Source of the DNA: Patellaria atrata CBS 101060
Lineage: Eukaryota
DNA: 64,000 nucleotides
Direction: 5' to 3'
NCBI GenBank assembly: GCA_010093705.1
Contig: MU006113.1
Span: 243,165-307,164 of the forward strand
Position 1 is the first letter of the stretch; each line of letters starts with the position of its first letter. The position numbers and the translations under genes are program-made. The notes below the pieces were generated by a model. The model had not been told where the DNA came from and searched no databases. It worked only from the letters and a program-made list of their open reading frames with translations. Positions 1 through 13,936 of this stretch are shown here, one piece after another.

Positions 1-2045
1 CCTCAGATCGCTCCTTGGATGGAGCATCGTCAATATCCATAACACTAGTAGTTGACTCATCATCACTGGCTTGAATGAGCATCTCCTCGTCGAGGTTTTC
101 GTACCGTTTATCCTGACCAAAACGTCGTTTGAACATCGCAGAGGTACCAGCATGACTGCTTTCACCGTGATCCGATGATAAAGGACGTTTTCTATTCGCA
201 TTTTCCACGACCTGTGGAGTAACCTCATTTGTGGTGCTTGAGTTTGCTTGTGAGACAAGCGGCGGCACGATTGCGGCTTTGAAACTGTCACTACCCAACG
301 ATATTGATGGCTGTACGTTTTCCGAAGAGGATGCCAGAAAGAGACCAGGTATCCTTGTAAAAGTTGGCGTGACTGTAGGAAATATCGCCTGCGAAGGTCT
401 CTGTGTTTTGGAAGGTGTACCTGGTGCAGCGGGTGACGTGGTTGCGCCAGAAATTGTGAGACCGACTGTTTGTGGTACTTGCGGGGTGGTTGTAGTTGCC
501 CTTCTAGCCGCCGCCAAAGCTTCTATTTTCTGGCGAGCCAATTCGGTCTGCGCTCTCTTCTTCTCTGCAGCTTTGCGCGCCGCGTCATCCACCAGCTGCT
601 CGGGCGTACGGATCGATGTACTGCTGGGTTCCTGGGTTACGGTTTTAGAAGCTTTTGGAGCTTCGACGTTCCCTGCGGCGACAGTTGAAGGAGACGCCTG
701 TTTTGCGGAGCTATTAGATTTACTCTTTAATTCCATCAGCTTGGCGAGGTACTCTGCCCGGTTGGGGCCATCCTTGACTCCGGTAACTGAGGGTAACTTC
801 TTTTGACCATCGCCCTGGTAAGATCGATCATTTCCGGCAGCAATTGGCACCTTCTCAAGGCTTCTTGTTGGGACAGAGTCCTCCTTTGTGATAACCGGCG
901 GCGGGGGCCGGTACACTCCAGAACCGGAAAAATCTATTGCAGAAAACGGGAGGAGAGTTGGACGTGTGTCATGAATTTCGGGAATATTAGTGGGTTTTTG
1001 CGCTTGAGCGTTGTCACCTTGCTCAGATTGCGATTTTTTCATCGTGTCTTGTTTCGTGATAGGCGGGTTTTTATCTGTTACAATTGGAATATTGAGTTCG
1101 CGATAGAGCTCGGCAAGCCACGAAGGGTTATGGCCTTCCTCGACAAAATCTTCGTAAGTGTAACCGTTTTCGTGCATTAGCGATAAGAATCGCTTCGCGC
1201 GCTCGCGTTTCGCTGAAAGATCTGGTGATTTTATACGGGGGTGGGCGAGTGTGGAAGATGGTGGGCTATCTGTTTTGAACGTAAGAAGTCGGCACGCGAA
1301 GGTACGCGTTTGCAAACAAACTCATGGACTTACTTCGGTGTAAGAGGTCACGAGGCCTATCGGATTCACCTCGAGTGCTCTGAGAACCAAACTCAGGCCT
1401 TGGATTACGTTGCGACTCCTGTGAGTGTGGAGGTTTAAACCCAGCTGTACAATGTTAGACAAAGAATCTGCGAATTGTAGTTTCGACATCTAAAGACGGA
1501 CCTGTTTCGTTCAAGTCCCTGTTACGGGCTTGATCCATTGAGAAGTGGCGATGCATTGACGGATTTTGAGCAACGTCCGTTTGGGTAGTTGACCTCATGG
1601 GAGGTTCTAGAAATCTTGTTGCAGTCGCGGGTGAGCTGTCACTAAGCTCACCCTCCTCCCGATCTGTATCTAACACTTCCTGAACCCGAGTATGAGCTGG
1701 TATATTGGACAGATAAGGCGTTGGTTGAGATTGGGTCCCCGGGTTGGGGTGGAAACCAGTTGGAAGGAATGTCGGCGGAGGAGCCATTGGAAAGATATGA
1801 GTAGCATGCACAGGAGGTGGCGGAGCAGGGAATAATGGCGGCACCTGAGCTGGTGCCCAAGGTGATGTTAAGGGTGTCGTGACTTGACCTTCGACCATTG
1901 GAAGGCCTGCGTTATACTGATGTGCGTTTGGTACAGCAATACCGTACTGCTGATAGTGGATGGATCCAGGCTGCGGAGAGGGGTAATACGGATGCTGGTT
2001 CGTTTGGGGTCTGTACAGAAATGCATTGTTCGGGTCCGCCATCAT
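1..2045 (-). CDS. Partial (5' part) large low-complexity protein, probably Red1/ZFC3H1-like zf-C3H1 family; runs off the window start
   Basis: Exon 1 is the Pro-rich ORF 1455..2045 with DREEGELSD. Intron 1501..1445 (GTCCGT...CTAAC...ACAG). Exon 2 is open down to base 1 (..RERAKRFLSLMHENGYTYEDFVEEGHNPSWLAELYRELNI..RAEYLAKLMELK..TELARQKIEAL..). The family call is from remembered motifs; the zinc finger would lie outside the window. Confidence 0.55.
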
Positions 2046-2625
2046 TGCGATACGGTGTACAGAGAGCGAAATGGTGAATGAAGGTCATTGACTACATGAG
2101 GTTCACATTTGAAAGTTAGTACCGTGGATTACCCGCGGGCTTGGCACGGCCAACTCATCTCACCTCAGTATACTCGATAATGATATGGACCTTCTAGTTA
2201 GGTTGTTTCTATTATTGCAAAGTTAGGACTTTCACACTATGATTTCTGCAGTCTCAATTAACTTCATCGCTTATACTGTACGTCCAAGTCCTACGCGTGG
2301 TTGGGCGCCTCTCTTACATGGAGAGTATACTATAAGGCTCGGGAGCCACAAAGATATTGAGTATTGTAGACGAGGACGGAGGCTAGAGACGGGTACTATT
2401 TGTATCAAACAGACTGATAGGCCCTTGAAATATTCAAAACTACTCTCTACCAATATTAGATTGAAGCTACTGTATGTGCATCAATGAGAGCACTTATGTA
2501 CTGGACTGTGCAGTATGTTGAGACGGGAGGTGAGGTTTCGGTGAACTTTGGTGCACGTGCCTAGGCCAATGAGTCGCGCTTACGAGCAGGGCCCCACGCA
2601 ACTGGGAGCCGCGACGGGACTGTTT

Positions 2626-2632
2626 GTAAACA
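2626..2632 (+). promoter_or_regulatory. Candidate forkhead (Fkh2/Sep1-type) site upstream of myosin II
   Basis: GTAAACA about 220 bp upstream of the myosin ATG in the divergent promoter. It is a short motif and could be chance. Confidence 0.25.
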
Positions 2633-2848
2633 GACCAGCGAGCCACCTCAGCACCCAACCCAACCGATTTTCACAACTATCACGACGTTAATAACTCTTT
2701 CGTTCTTTTGCACTAACTTGTTGTACTTATCTAGACTCTTCCTGTCTAGTATTATCATTTTCCGATCGCATCAGAGCAGGGGACAATGACTCTCAGGTAA
2801 TTCTCAGGATAAACACCAAGCTCACGCATCGAATATCTAAGCTAGAAA

Positions 2849-5800
2849 ATGAGCGTCCCTGCGCATAACGGCCCAAGATGGCGAAACAGTCCTTTTGGAA
2901 GAGCGTCGCCGTCTCCTTCCCCAGGGCCACAATCGAATAGCCCTCGTCCAAAATCGCAGAGTATCTCCGCGTCTCTGTCGTCCCCTCAACCTACAGTACA
3001 CACGCGCCACCAATCTCTGTCCGCTACTTCGAATTCCGTCGCCACATTATCGCACATGCCTAGTACACGGAAACGTTCTGGCTCGTACAAGAGTGGTACG
3101 CTTGCTGGCGGGACGTTCGCACCGAAGTTTATCGAGACCGAAGACCTTGACAGCAATGTTGAGAAAGTACGGGGAATTGAAGGAGAAAATGACTTTTCAG
3201 GGAAGAGATATGTTTGGATTCGTGATCCAAATACTGCTTTCGTTCGAGGATGGGTCGTAGATGAGCTCGAACGCAACAAATTGCTTTTACAATGCGATGA
3301 CGGTAGTGTGAGTGACGATTCTCGCGGCCATATCACATACTTAGATCACTGACTTCGAGTTGTAGCAACGAGAGGTAGACGGGGACAGTGTGGATAAGGT
3401 CAATCCTGCGAAATTTGACAAGGCGGATGATATGGCTGAACTTACTCATCTGAATGAAGCGTCTGTGGTACACAATTTGCATATGCGATACCAGGCGGAT
3501 CTGATTTACGTATGACTGCATAATCTTTGAGAGCTGATTGTTGCTAAACCATTCCTAGACATACTCCGGATTGTTCTTGGTGACAGTAAATCCATACTGC
3601 CCGTTGCCGATCTACTCAAGAGACTATATCAATATGTATCGTGGTAGAAGCCGAGAGGATACAAAACCACATATTTTTGCTATGGCCGATGAGGCATTCC
3701 GAAACCTAGTGGAAGAAGGCGCCAACCAGAGCATTCTAGTCACGTAAGATTGTGTTCATTTTACGTTTAGTATTTTCAACGCTGATTTGTATCTAATAGT
3801 GGCGAATCTGGTGCCGGAAAAACTGAAAATACGAAGAAGGTGATTCAGTATCTTGCTGCCGTAGCTACATCGGATACACCGAAAGCGAAGTCCGGTGGGA
3901 GGCAGTTATCAAATCTTTCGGAACAGATTCTTAGAGCAAATCCCATACTAGAAGCATTTGGTAATGCGCAGACCGTACGGAACAACAATTCCTCCCGTTT
4001 TGGAAAATTTATTCGCATCGAATTTACCAGGCACGGCCAAATCGCGGGTGCCTTCATAGATTGGTATCTACTAGAGAAATCCAGAGTCGTGAAGCTCAAC
4101 TCCAGTGAACGTAACTATCATGTGTTTTATCAGTTATTGAAGGGTGCGGATCACAGGACTAAAGAGGCTTTCTTACTATCGAACGCCGATATCGAGGATT
4201 TCGAGTATACCAAGCACGGCAATGATATGATTTCTGGGGTCTCTGATAATGAGGAGTGGAATTCACTGGTAGAAGCTTTCCATGTTATGGGGTTTTCGGA
4301 ATACGATCAGAATGCGATTCTACGGACCGTTGCGAGTGTATTGCACCTGGGAAACATCAAAGTGGGACGAGAGAGCCTCCGAGGAGATCAAGCAGCTTTG
4401 GATCCAGGTGCTATAGATCAGGCCAGAAGTGTTTGTCATTTACTCGGTATTCCTGCAGAACCTTTTGTTAAGGCGTTACTGCATCCCAGAGTCAAGGCCG
4501 GCCGCGAATGGGTGGAAAAAGTACAGACTCCAGAGCAAGTTAGACTGGGTATCGACGCACTTGCAAAAGGTATATATGAGCGCGGTTTTGGAAACCTTGT
4601 TGATCGCATCAATCAACAGTTGGATCGAACTGGATCAGGATCAGATGACTCTCATTTCATTGGTGTACTCGACATCGCGGGTTTTGAAATCTTCGAGGAA
4701 AATAGCTTCGAGCAACTTTGCATCAACTACACCAATGAAAAGCTGCAGCAATTCTTCAATCACCATATGTTCGTGCTCGAGCAGGAAGAGTACGCGCGGG
4801 AGCAGATTGAATGGAAGTTCATTGACTTTGGACGGGACCTTCAGCCGACAATCGACCTTATAGAGTTGCCTAATCCTATAGGTATCTTCTCCTGCTTGGA
4901 TGAAGACAGTGTAATGCCTAAGGCGACAGACAAGTCATTTACAGAAAAGTTGCATGCGCTCTGGGATCGAAAGACTCCCAAGTACCGAAGATCTCTCCTC
5001 AACCAAGGCTTTATGTTGACACATTACGCCGCTGAAGTTGAATACTCAACTGAAGGTTGGTTAGAGAAGAATAAGGATCCGCTCAATGATAATGTAACAA
5101 GGTTACTTGCTACATCTAAGGACAAACACATTGCAAACCTATTTTCGGACTGTGCTGACTTGGACGACGACTCTACGAACCCAAGAACTCGGGTTAAGAA
5201 GGGTTTGTTCCGTACAGTTGCCCAACGCCACAAGGAACAATTGAGCTCTCTGATGAATCAACTTCACTCTACGCATCCCCATTTTGTACGTTGCATCTTG
5301 CCGAATCACAAAAAGAGACCGAAACAGTTCAGTGCTCCATTGGTTTTAGATCAGCTTCGATGTAATGGTGTCCTTGAGGGAATTCGTATTGCAAGAACCG
5401 GGTTTCCAAACAGGCTTCCTTTCATCGAATTTCGACAGCGATATGAGGTTCTTTGCAACGACATGCCAAAAGGATACCTTGATGGCCAGACGGTTGCAAA
5501 GATCATTCTTGAAAAGCTCAACATGGATCGCTCTTTCTATAGGGTTGGTCTGACTAAAGTCTTCTTCCGAGCTGGAGTTCTTGCAGAACTTGAAGAACAG
5601 CGGGACGCCCTCATCCGCGAAATCATGTCTCGCTTCCAATCTGTCGCTCGCGGTTTCACCCAGAGGCGTATTGCACACAAGAGGTTATATCGTACTGAGG
5701 CAACACGCATCATTCAGCATAACTTTCAGGTATACCTTGACCTTCAAGCCAGCCCGTGGTGGCGCTTGTTTGTTAGGATGAAGCCTCTGTTAGGTGCTAC

Positions 5801-8800
5801 GCGACAGGCCGCGGAGGTTAGAAGAAGAGATGAAGCAATCCAAAAGCTCGAGGAAAAAATGGAACTTGAAGCTGCTAGCCGCCAAAAGTTAGAGGAGGAA
5901 CGCAGACGAGCTGAGACAGAGGTCCAACGCATCCAGAAAACGCTCGAAAGCGAACGTGCTTTAGCACTTGACAAAGAGGAGATCTTCAAACGTCTACAGG
6001 ATCGAGAAACTGAGCTAAGTGAAAAGTTGGCCGAAGCTATTGATGATCAGGAAAAGCTCGAAGACCAAATTGACGAACTCCTTTTTGCGAAGAAGAAAGC
6101 AGAGGAACAAGCTGAAGTCTGGCGCAATGAACTTGAGCAAGCTGGTGAAATTATCAGTCGTCTTGAGGCCGACAAACAACAACTCGCTGATCAGATCTCG
6201 GACCTTGATACCCAATTACAAGAGCTGGAAAATGCTCGATCTGAACGAAGTGAAGAGGAAGAGACCCTCAATCAAGAAATCAAGATGCTCAAGAGCCACC
6301 TTTCTTTGAAAGAGCGTAAAATGCAGGATCTAGAAGCAAAACTTCTCAAATCTGATCAGGATCTTGATATTAATCTTGCGGCCTCAACGAAAGAGCTTCA
6401 ATCAACCAAGCGACAAGTGAAGGAACTTTTAGACGAGAATCGACAGATTAGACAGCAAATGAGTGATCTGTCATCTACCTCCACCAGTTATGAAGACTTA
6501 GTTAGACGGAAAGAAAGCGAGTTAGCCATTCTCAAGACTGAACTGAGAGCTTTCCAATCGGATAGGAAATCATTTGACGACGAGAAACGTAACCTGGCCA
6601 CGAAGCACGACAATATCCAATCTCAGTTACATAAAGTCAAAGCCGAAATGGACGCTATGAAGTCTCAACGAACACAACTGGAGCGTGAAGCTGCAGATGC
6701 TAAAAGGCTTCTCGAGGAGAAGATCTCTGCAGATGAGAAATCAGGCCAAGGGCGAAAGATGCTCGAGAACCAGATTAATGATCTCAAAAACCAACTCTTC
6801 GAAGTCCAAGCAGAACTTAGCAAAGAAAGGCAATCTCGAGATGATGTGCAGATGCTGGGAGAACACAAATATACAAATCTCAAACGTGATTATGACTCTT
6901 TGAACGAATCAAAGATTACAATCGAAAAGGAGATGTATGTCCAGCAAGACGTGCTCCGTCGTGCCACTGAAGCGAAAACTGCGACTGAAAAAGAACGTAA
7001 GGAGTATCAGAACGAGCTACGTAGTCTTCGTGAGAAGTTCCTCCAACTCCAGGAGGAGAAATTGCAAGCAGAGTCAATTGCTGAGCGGAATGCATCTCGT
7101 GCTGCGAACGAACGTCAAGCCGCAATGCGCAACGAGTTGGACGCAAAGAATCGACAATTAACTCAATTGGACACTGAACGTAATGAACTCCTCGGAAAGG
7201 TTCAGAGTCTTACTGACATGTTGGCGGATTCCGAAAACTTCAAGCTTCGAAATGATCAGGCCAAAGAACGACTGGAGCGCGAACTCGCTACCGCAAAGGG
7301 CCGCCTGACAGCCTCCGAAAACGATAACCGTGCGTTATTAAACAAGGTCCAGCAAAAGAATCTGGACATTGCAAGATCGAACTCGCGAGCTGGAGAGAAC
7401 CAACGTGTGCGCATAACTCAATTAACAGCGGAGAAGAGCAAGATAGAGGAGGAGAACAAGAAACTTCTCCGTCAATTTGGAGACGCTCAGCTTACTATCA
7501 ATTCGCTCGAGAAACAAAAGGAGAAATTGTCGTTGAACATTGAGGATCTGAACCATGAGGTTGCTCGTGAACACAAGGCAAGCCGTGATGCTGAGAAGTC
7601 TTCCTCCACTGTCAACCTGCAACTTGCTGAAGCAAACCGGAAATTGGAGACCGAACGACAGCTAAGGGCGCAGGCTCAAACGAACACACGTACTGTCCAG
7701 ACAACCCTTGATAATGCGAACAAGGAACTTTCCGAGTGCCACGCCCAGCTTATGTTGTTGCAAAAGGTGTTCAATACTGAAAGCCAGAACGAGCCTGTCT
7801 CTTATGAAGCCGCCAAACCCGCTATTTTGAAAGCTATCGATGTTGCCCAAAAGTTCGAGGCCTACGAACAGTCACTACGCGTTGCTGCAGAGCGGTACTC
7901 TCGCGCTGAAGCTCAATTGGAAGAACTGAGAAATAGACATGAAGGCGAGATCGCTGAGATTGATGCTCGACATAGCAATTCCAAGCGTAGTCTACTTGAG
8001 GAGATGAACTCCAACCAAATCAACCAAGCTAATGCTAGAGGGTCGCCGATGCATTTCCGTCGCGAGTCTGAAAACAGGAAGCCCTTCTCGCCAGTCCATA
8101 CCCCCACGAACCAGCGCCATATTAGCAACGCAACGAATGACTCTGCTCGATCGGATCGTACAAACGACACGCTGGCCTACAATAGTCGTATGGATCTAGC
8201 CGCGGAACTGGAGCTCGTTCAGAACCAATTGCAGATGTCCGAGATGAGGAACCGTCATTTGCAAAATCAGATCGACCGATCACCGTCGAAACCTGCATGG
8301 CAGGATGATAGTCCTTCTGTGCGACGCATGCAGAAGCTCGAGCGAGAAAACTTCCGTCTCCATGATATGCTGGATGACTCGGCAAAGAAGGTTACCTCTT
8401 TAGAGAACAGTATCCGTACTGGCCAACTTAGCCTGAAAGAAGTACAAACGAAATCCCATGAGGAACTTTATGATCTTATTAACTCCCAGGAGCAGTCCAG
8501 GAAATCTCTTCTCCAATCCCACAACAATGCTTTGGCCGAATTAACGGAAGCTAAAGTGGCTTTCGATGAGCTCAAGCAGACCAGAGCAAGCCTCGAAGTG
8601 GAACTGCGTGACGTCAAATCTGAGCTTGACGACCTCCAATACGAGCGTGAACAAGAAGACGGCGGTCACAACCAGTTGCTCCAAGAATTTGCGGACCTCC
8701 AAATTCGCCTTGACACCGAGACTTCCAAGCTACTTGACGTGCAATCCAGCCTCCATCTCTACAAGAATCGCGCAGATGAGTACTTTAGTAAGCTTGAGCA

Positions 8801-10427
8801 GGCCGAAATCGCCGTCCTCAAAGCCTCCCGAGCGGAGCAGTTTGCAAAAACCCAAGCAAGAGAAGCGGAGGAGACGTGTGCAACCATTATGGCTGAGCGC
8901 AAGCAGATGGATGCCACAATCGAGGACCTGCAGAGACAGACCCAGCGCTACGAAGAACGCATCGAGGATCTTGCTGCCGATTTAGACGGGGCGTTACAAG
9001 CCAAGAAACGGCTACAGAACGAGCTCGAAGACTACCGCTCTCAGCGCGCCATGGACATCGAGGACAAGGAGACCTCGATGGAACAGACTCGCAAAAAGTA
9101 TCAGTCTGAGCTCTCATCCCTCACGAACGAACTCGACATCGAGCGCGAGAACGTCCTCTTCGTACGCGAAGAGAACGGGCGCTTGAGAGAAGAGATCGAG
9201 GAACTCCGCGCTAAATGGGACGACGAGGTCATCAATTCGTCCACTTGGGCTAAGGAGAAGCAGAGACTGGAGATGACGCTCCAGGATATTTCTAACTCGA
9301 GAGATGAGGCAGCAAATGCGCATAATGAGGCGCAGAGCAAGATTGTTAATCTGCTGAGCCAAGTGAGGAGCTTGAGGGGTGCGGTTGACGATGCCACTGC
9401 TGAGCGGGATAATTTGCTCAAAGAGAGGAAATCCCTGGAATCTAGACTTATTGAAGCTAGTGACCGTCTCGAACAATTATCAACCGGTGATGGGCCTATG
9501 CGTAATGCTGCCGCTATGGATCGCGAACTGCTAGATCTTAAGGCTGGTTTGGCCCAGCAAGAGGATATTGCTGCCGCTGCGGTGGGCAAGATGAGACGCG
9601 CAGAAGCACTAGCCCAAGAGACCCAACGTGAAGTTGTCGCCGAGAGGGAGGCGAACGTCCAACTTCACAAAGAGAAAGCCGCAGTAGAGAAGAGTGTTAA
9701 GGACCTACAGCTCAGGCTAGTCGATCTCGAGACAAAGGGATATGCCTCCGGCCAAGGGAAGGACGTTCGCTTCCTACACGGGCGCATACAGGAGGTGAGT
9801 CCCCCAATCTACACCTCACATAAATCTCGACTTCACCAATACTGACCATCTCAACAGCTCGAAAAATCCCTCGAATCCCTAGAATCTCTCCGCACGCAAG
9901 AATCCCGCGCCGTCCGCACCGTCGACCGCACAGTCAAGGATCTGCAATCCCAGCTCGACCGCCGCGCAAAGGCAGCCCAGGACCTCGAATCGGACCTCCA
10001 GAAATCCCGCGACAAGATCTCCACCCTGTTGACCGCCATCGACGAACTGCAGTCCGAACACTCGGCCGCCGCCCTGGCCGCCAAGCGTGCAGAGCGAGAG
10101 CTGAGGGAGGAGCGCGAGACGAGGCTCAGAGTCGAGCGCGAACTCGAGGGCTGGAAGGGTCTCAGAGTCGAACGCGAATCGGCACGCATGGATCGGGAAT
10201 CCCTCGCTGGTGGTCTGCCGGGGGTAGGAGGCACGGGCAGTCTCCGCATGCGCGCTTTGAGTCCCGCGCCGGGTAATCTTGCTGTTCCTGCCCCGGGCAG
10301 CGATGCCGGCGATGCGAGGAGCAGGCGTGGAAGCTCCATCGGGGCTTCTCCACTCGGTGAGGGCGCCGGTGCAACGGGGAGTTTGAGGGGCTTGAGACGC
10401 GTTAGTGGCACGAAGGGTTTTTTGTGA
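2849..10427 (+). CDS. MYO1: Myosin type II heavy chain (cytokinetic ring myosin)
   Basis: Exons 2849-3307, 3366-3509, 3559-3743, 3800-9794, 9858-10427 with canonical introns. Motifs: GESGAGKT P-loop, [42 protein letters not shown] region and a very long coiled-coil tail. The symbol follows S. cerevisiae naming (myo2/myoB in other fungi). Confidence 0.97.
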
Positions 10428-11144
10428 GTGGCGTCGCTCTTGCTGGGGTCGGGTTGAAGGAGAGGAGAGATAGCAGGTTAGAAGGTGGTGGAGGGAGCGA
10501 CGGGGTGGAGAGTACCCGGAGGAAGGTGCGTTTCAGTGTCGATGAAGACGGGAGAGGCGTACGGGATGACCAAAACGAGATCCGAGAAGGAGTTCTCCGG
10601 GGTAATGGGGCGAAGAGGGCTGTTGTCATCCGGTCGGAGGCGTTTGTGTGATAGTTTTGTCTGTCTATTGGTTATGATGGATATTCAGTGATCTATGTCA
10701 GTCACCTACATGCATCGGGGGGTGTATCACGTGATGTCGGTTAGGATTAGGAGTCTTAATGCTAGATAATGTTAACAAGTTCAACTTCACGTTGTTCATG
10801 TTGGTAATGAGCTTGATCTGGGAGAACGCCAATGAGATTCCTATCATAAAGACTATAACCATTCACTTTATGAATCGATTAACACGAGCTACCACCTACC
10901 AAGACCCATCATGAAAGAAATTTGTATCTCTCCGGCCGTCTCTCTCCTCCTGCCTCCTCCCTCTCCCGCTGCTTATAATACATTTTCCGACCGTGAAAGA
11001 AAACAACCATCATATGCCCACTACCCCTTCGTCACCGATGGGCACTAATACCTCCGCTAATTAACCACCTCTGGGACTCAAGCTGTTATGCAAGTTCATA
11101 ACGTTTAACTTTGGGGATAGCTTAGTAACTACTTGGTTCATTGC

Positions 11145-12549
11145 TTACAACTCATCGCGTCCGGCGCTGGAGGCTGACTTCGCCGCCTTTGAGAGCTTGC
11201 TCGAGGCAGAGCTCGCGCTCGAAGCAGCGGCATCGGTGCTCTGCTTACCGGCTTTGCTTGCAGACTTGGAGACGCTAGAGGCGGACTTGGATGCCTGGAC
11301 AGAAGCGCTGGATGCAGACTTTGCAGCAAGGGACGAAGCACTGGATGCGGAATTGGAAGCACGTACAGACGCACTAGAGAGAGAAGCCGAAGCGCTCTGT
11401 GAGCCGAGACCGACCTGAGCTTTGATCCAATCGTAGTAGCCCCAAAAACCACTGGCAGCAGTCGCGGTAGCTTGAGCGTATTGGTTGCCGACATTGGAGG
11501 TAGCAGCACCATAGTAGCTAGAGGCGGAAGAGGCAGCGGTGTCACCGGTGAGCTGAGCGCGGTGCTTACGAGCTAGGGCGATGAGCTCATTACGCTTAGA
11601 ACCTTGAGGGACCTTGATGCCGTTCTTGTCGGCCCAGGCCTTGATTTGAGTGTCGCTCCAAGCATCGAGAAGGGCGTCGGTGAGGCTCTCTTGAGCAGAG
11701 GCGGCAGATGAAGTCGCAGAATCAAGGCTACCTTTCATTTGGAGATGAGCGAGACGCGCATTACGGCGGACAGAAGCAATAAGGCTATCACGAGTGCTTG
11801 GTTGGGGTGCAGGATAGCCACGTTCGTCGAGCCATGCCTTGAGGTCAGAATCAGACCAGCTCTCGTACAACCAATTACCAGGATAGGCTGCAGTTTCGCC
11901 GACCTTGTTCGCGGCGGATTGGTAATTTGAACGGACGGTTTGAAGAAGGCTATCGCGAGTACGGGGTTGGGGAACTGGAATGCCGTGACGATCACAGAAA
12001 GCCTTCAATTGAGAATCGGTCCAACTGGGTACGTTGGGTCAGCACATGCAATATATTGTAGAAGTTTGGGGATTACCTATCGAATATCCAATCCTGCACG
12101 CTGTGATAAGCTTCCGCGGCCTTGTCCTCCGTCTCATACCAGTACTGTTTCATTGTGTCAATAAGAGATTGGGTATTATCCTCTGCGCCAGCCTTTGCTT
12201 GATAGCCTTTCGCTGAAAGGTAACTCTGGAGGCGAGGGGTATCCCATTCTTGATAGGGCGTAGCAACTTTCGAATTCCAGTTGCTCTTGACTAGATTCTC
12301 AAGATCTTTCCTATCGGCGGGTTGGGGATAGGGAACGTTATGATCATCAAGCCATCGCTCAAGCTCGGTTTGATGCCACTTGTTGTATGCTTGGGGGATT
12401 GTTAATAAACGTTATATCGGGATGTGGAGTTGTTGAAGGAAAATAAATTGAGTTCGTAATTACTTACCAGCTTTACCAAACCAGGTGCTTGCAACAGCAG
12501 AGTCGGCAGCTAACGCCACGACAAGGGTGGAGAGGAAAGAGAACCTCAT
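11145..12549 (-). CDS. ish1: Ish1/Msc1 family stress-responsive nuclear-envelope protein
   Basis: Signal-peptide-like start MRFSFLSTLVVALAADSAVASTWFGK at 12549 followed by a GTAAGT donor. Repeated Ish1 motifs (WTDSQLKAFCDRHGIPVPQP, WSDSDLKAWLDERG, WSDTQIKAWADKNGIKVPQ). C-terminal RDEL ER-retention-like end. Confidence 0.88.
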
Positions 12550-13936
12550 GTTTACAATAACTTGAATCTATCAGTTAGGAAGAGGATGGATTCGAAATTC
12601 TCAAAGTTATCTGTAATGTTAGGATTTGAGTTGTAGAAAAAGAGGTTGTTGTGTGTTGAAAAAGAGGAGAGGGAGGAAGGTTTTGTGGGACTTGTGGGAT
12701 ACAAAAGTTTGAGCACGGTTGCCTGTGTTTTGTACATGACGTATTTGCTGTACAGCTCTTACCCCAGAAACGCGCTAGATCATCGATCGCTTGGCTGACC
12801 GCCAAATACCCGCCAAATCAGTTTACAACATTACGCCTAATGACAGTTTCTTAACCGTATTTTCACCCGTCAGTTAAGAAAAATACGTTACAAGTTTCCA
12901 GGTTCCTTTCATCCAAACTTTTGGAGCTTTCATGTACATGTAAGGCCATGTTTACAAAGGACTGATACTGAGGTGCATAGATCGAGGTGAACATGCGCTC
13001 TGTAGTCTATCCCACAGTCATCATTCGAGTTGAACTGGTCAATACTGTGAGATAGTTCTAATTCGGATGAAAAGCCTTAGAAAACACAAATGGGAAGCGT
13101 ACCTTACTAATCATGCTCTCGACAGCCTAACTCAATGGAAACCCCCGTCTTTTTTCATCGTAACTTGGGAAAATAACCTTGTGGCGCTGGACCCGTTTGC
13201 GGACAGTGACGGCATTCCTGGATCATGAACAGCCAAACAGCTAGAACGGGCTTCTGCAGCTCGCCAGCTCCTCTGTGTCCTCCTGCCATGAAAATATTTC
13301 AATTTGCATCATCTTGAAATCACGAGAGATGGCGTACCCAAGATCCTCTGTACTGAAAAAACAAAGCTATTCCATGACTTACCTTGCGCAAATCCGTGTA
13401 GAACTACCTGATATCGTGAGCTAGGAGACTCGAATTTAAGTGGAGGTAAGTTGTTGTTTCCATTGCATTTGCTGCTGTGGCTGGTGAGGTCATTATTGGA
13501 CGCCTCTGTCCGATTCATCACGGACGGGACGGGACACTCCTGAGATAGACTGAGCGTCTCCTCCTCACGGGACGGGAGTAACTCTGTGATTATACGGCGT
13601 TATCATTTCTTCTGTCGTGGCATTCCTGGACGAGACTGGACTTGGACAAGACGTCGGATCCAGTCTCCCTTAAGGTACCTTGGTCCTGTGACCACGTATC
13701 CCGATACTGATGCTGCATTTCCAACATTGGCTTATTTGCTGGTTACCCCGTGTTTGATGTCCTTGTCGCATCGGGCGCGGAAGATATCTCCATGCTCTGA
13801 TTGGTTGCATGGTGAGTAGTCATCCCGGGGCTCGGCCGACCGAACAGTTATGTTCGGATAGCCCGGCCGACAAATACTTCGGTTTACTTCCTCAAGTTAA
13901 GGTAATCTATTAACGCAGGAGTTAGTATTAAAGATC

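Noticed and set aside
231..1438. Plus-strand ORFs 231..806, 803..1180 and 1241..1438
   Set aside because: They are antisense shadows of the open minus-strand exon that runs off the window start.
13020..13820. Possible minus-strand gene relic and short repeats (GGCATTCCTGGA twice, GACGG runs)
   Set aside because: There is no coherent reading frame or recognisable motif, and the repeats are too short to support an element.
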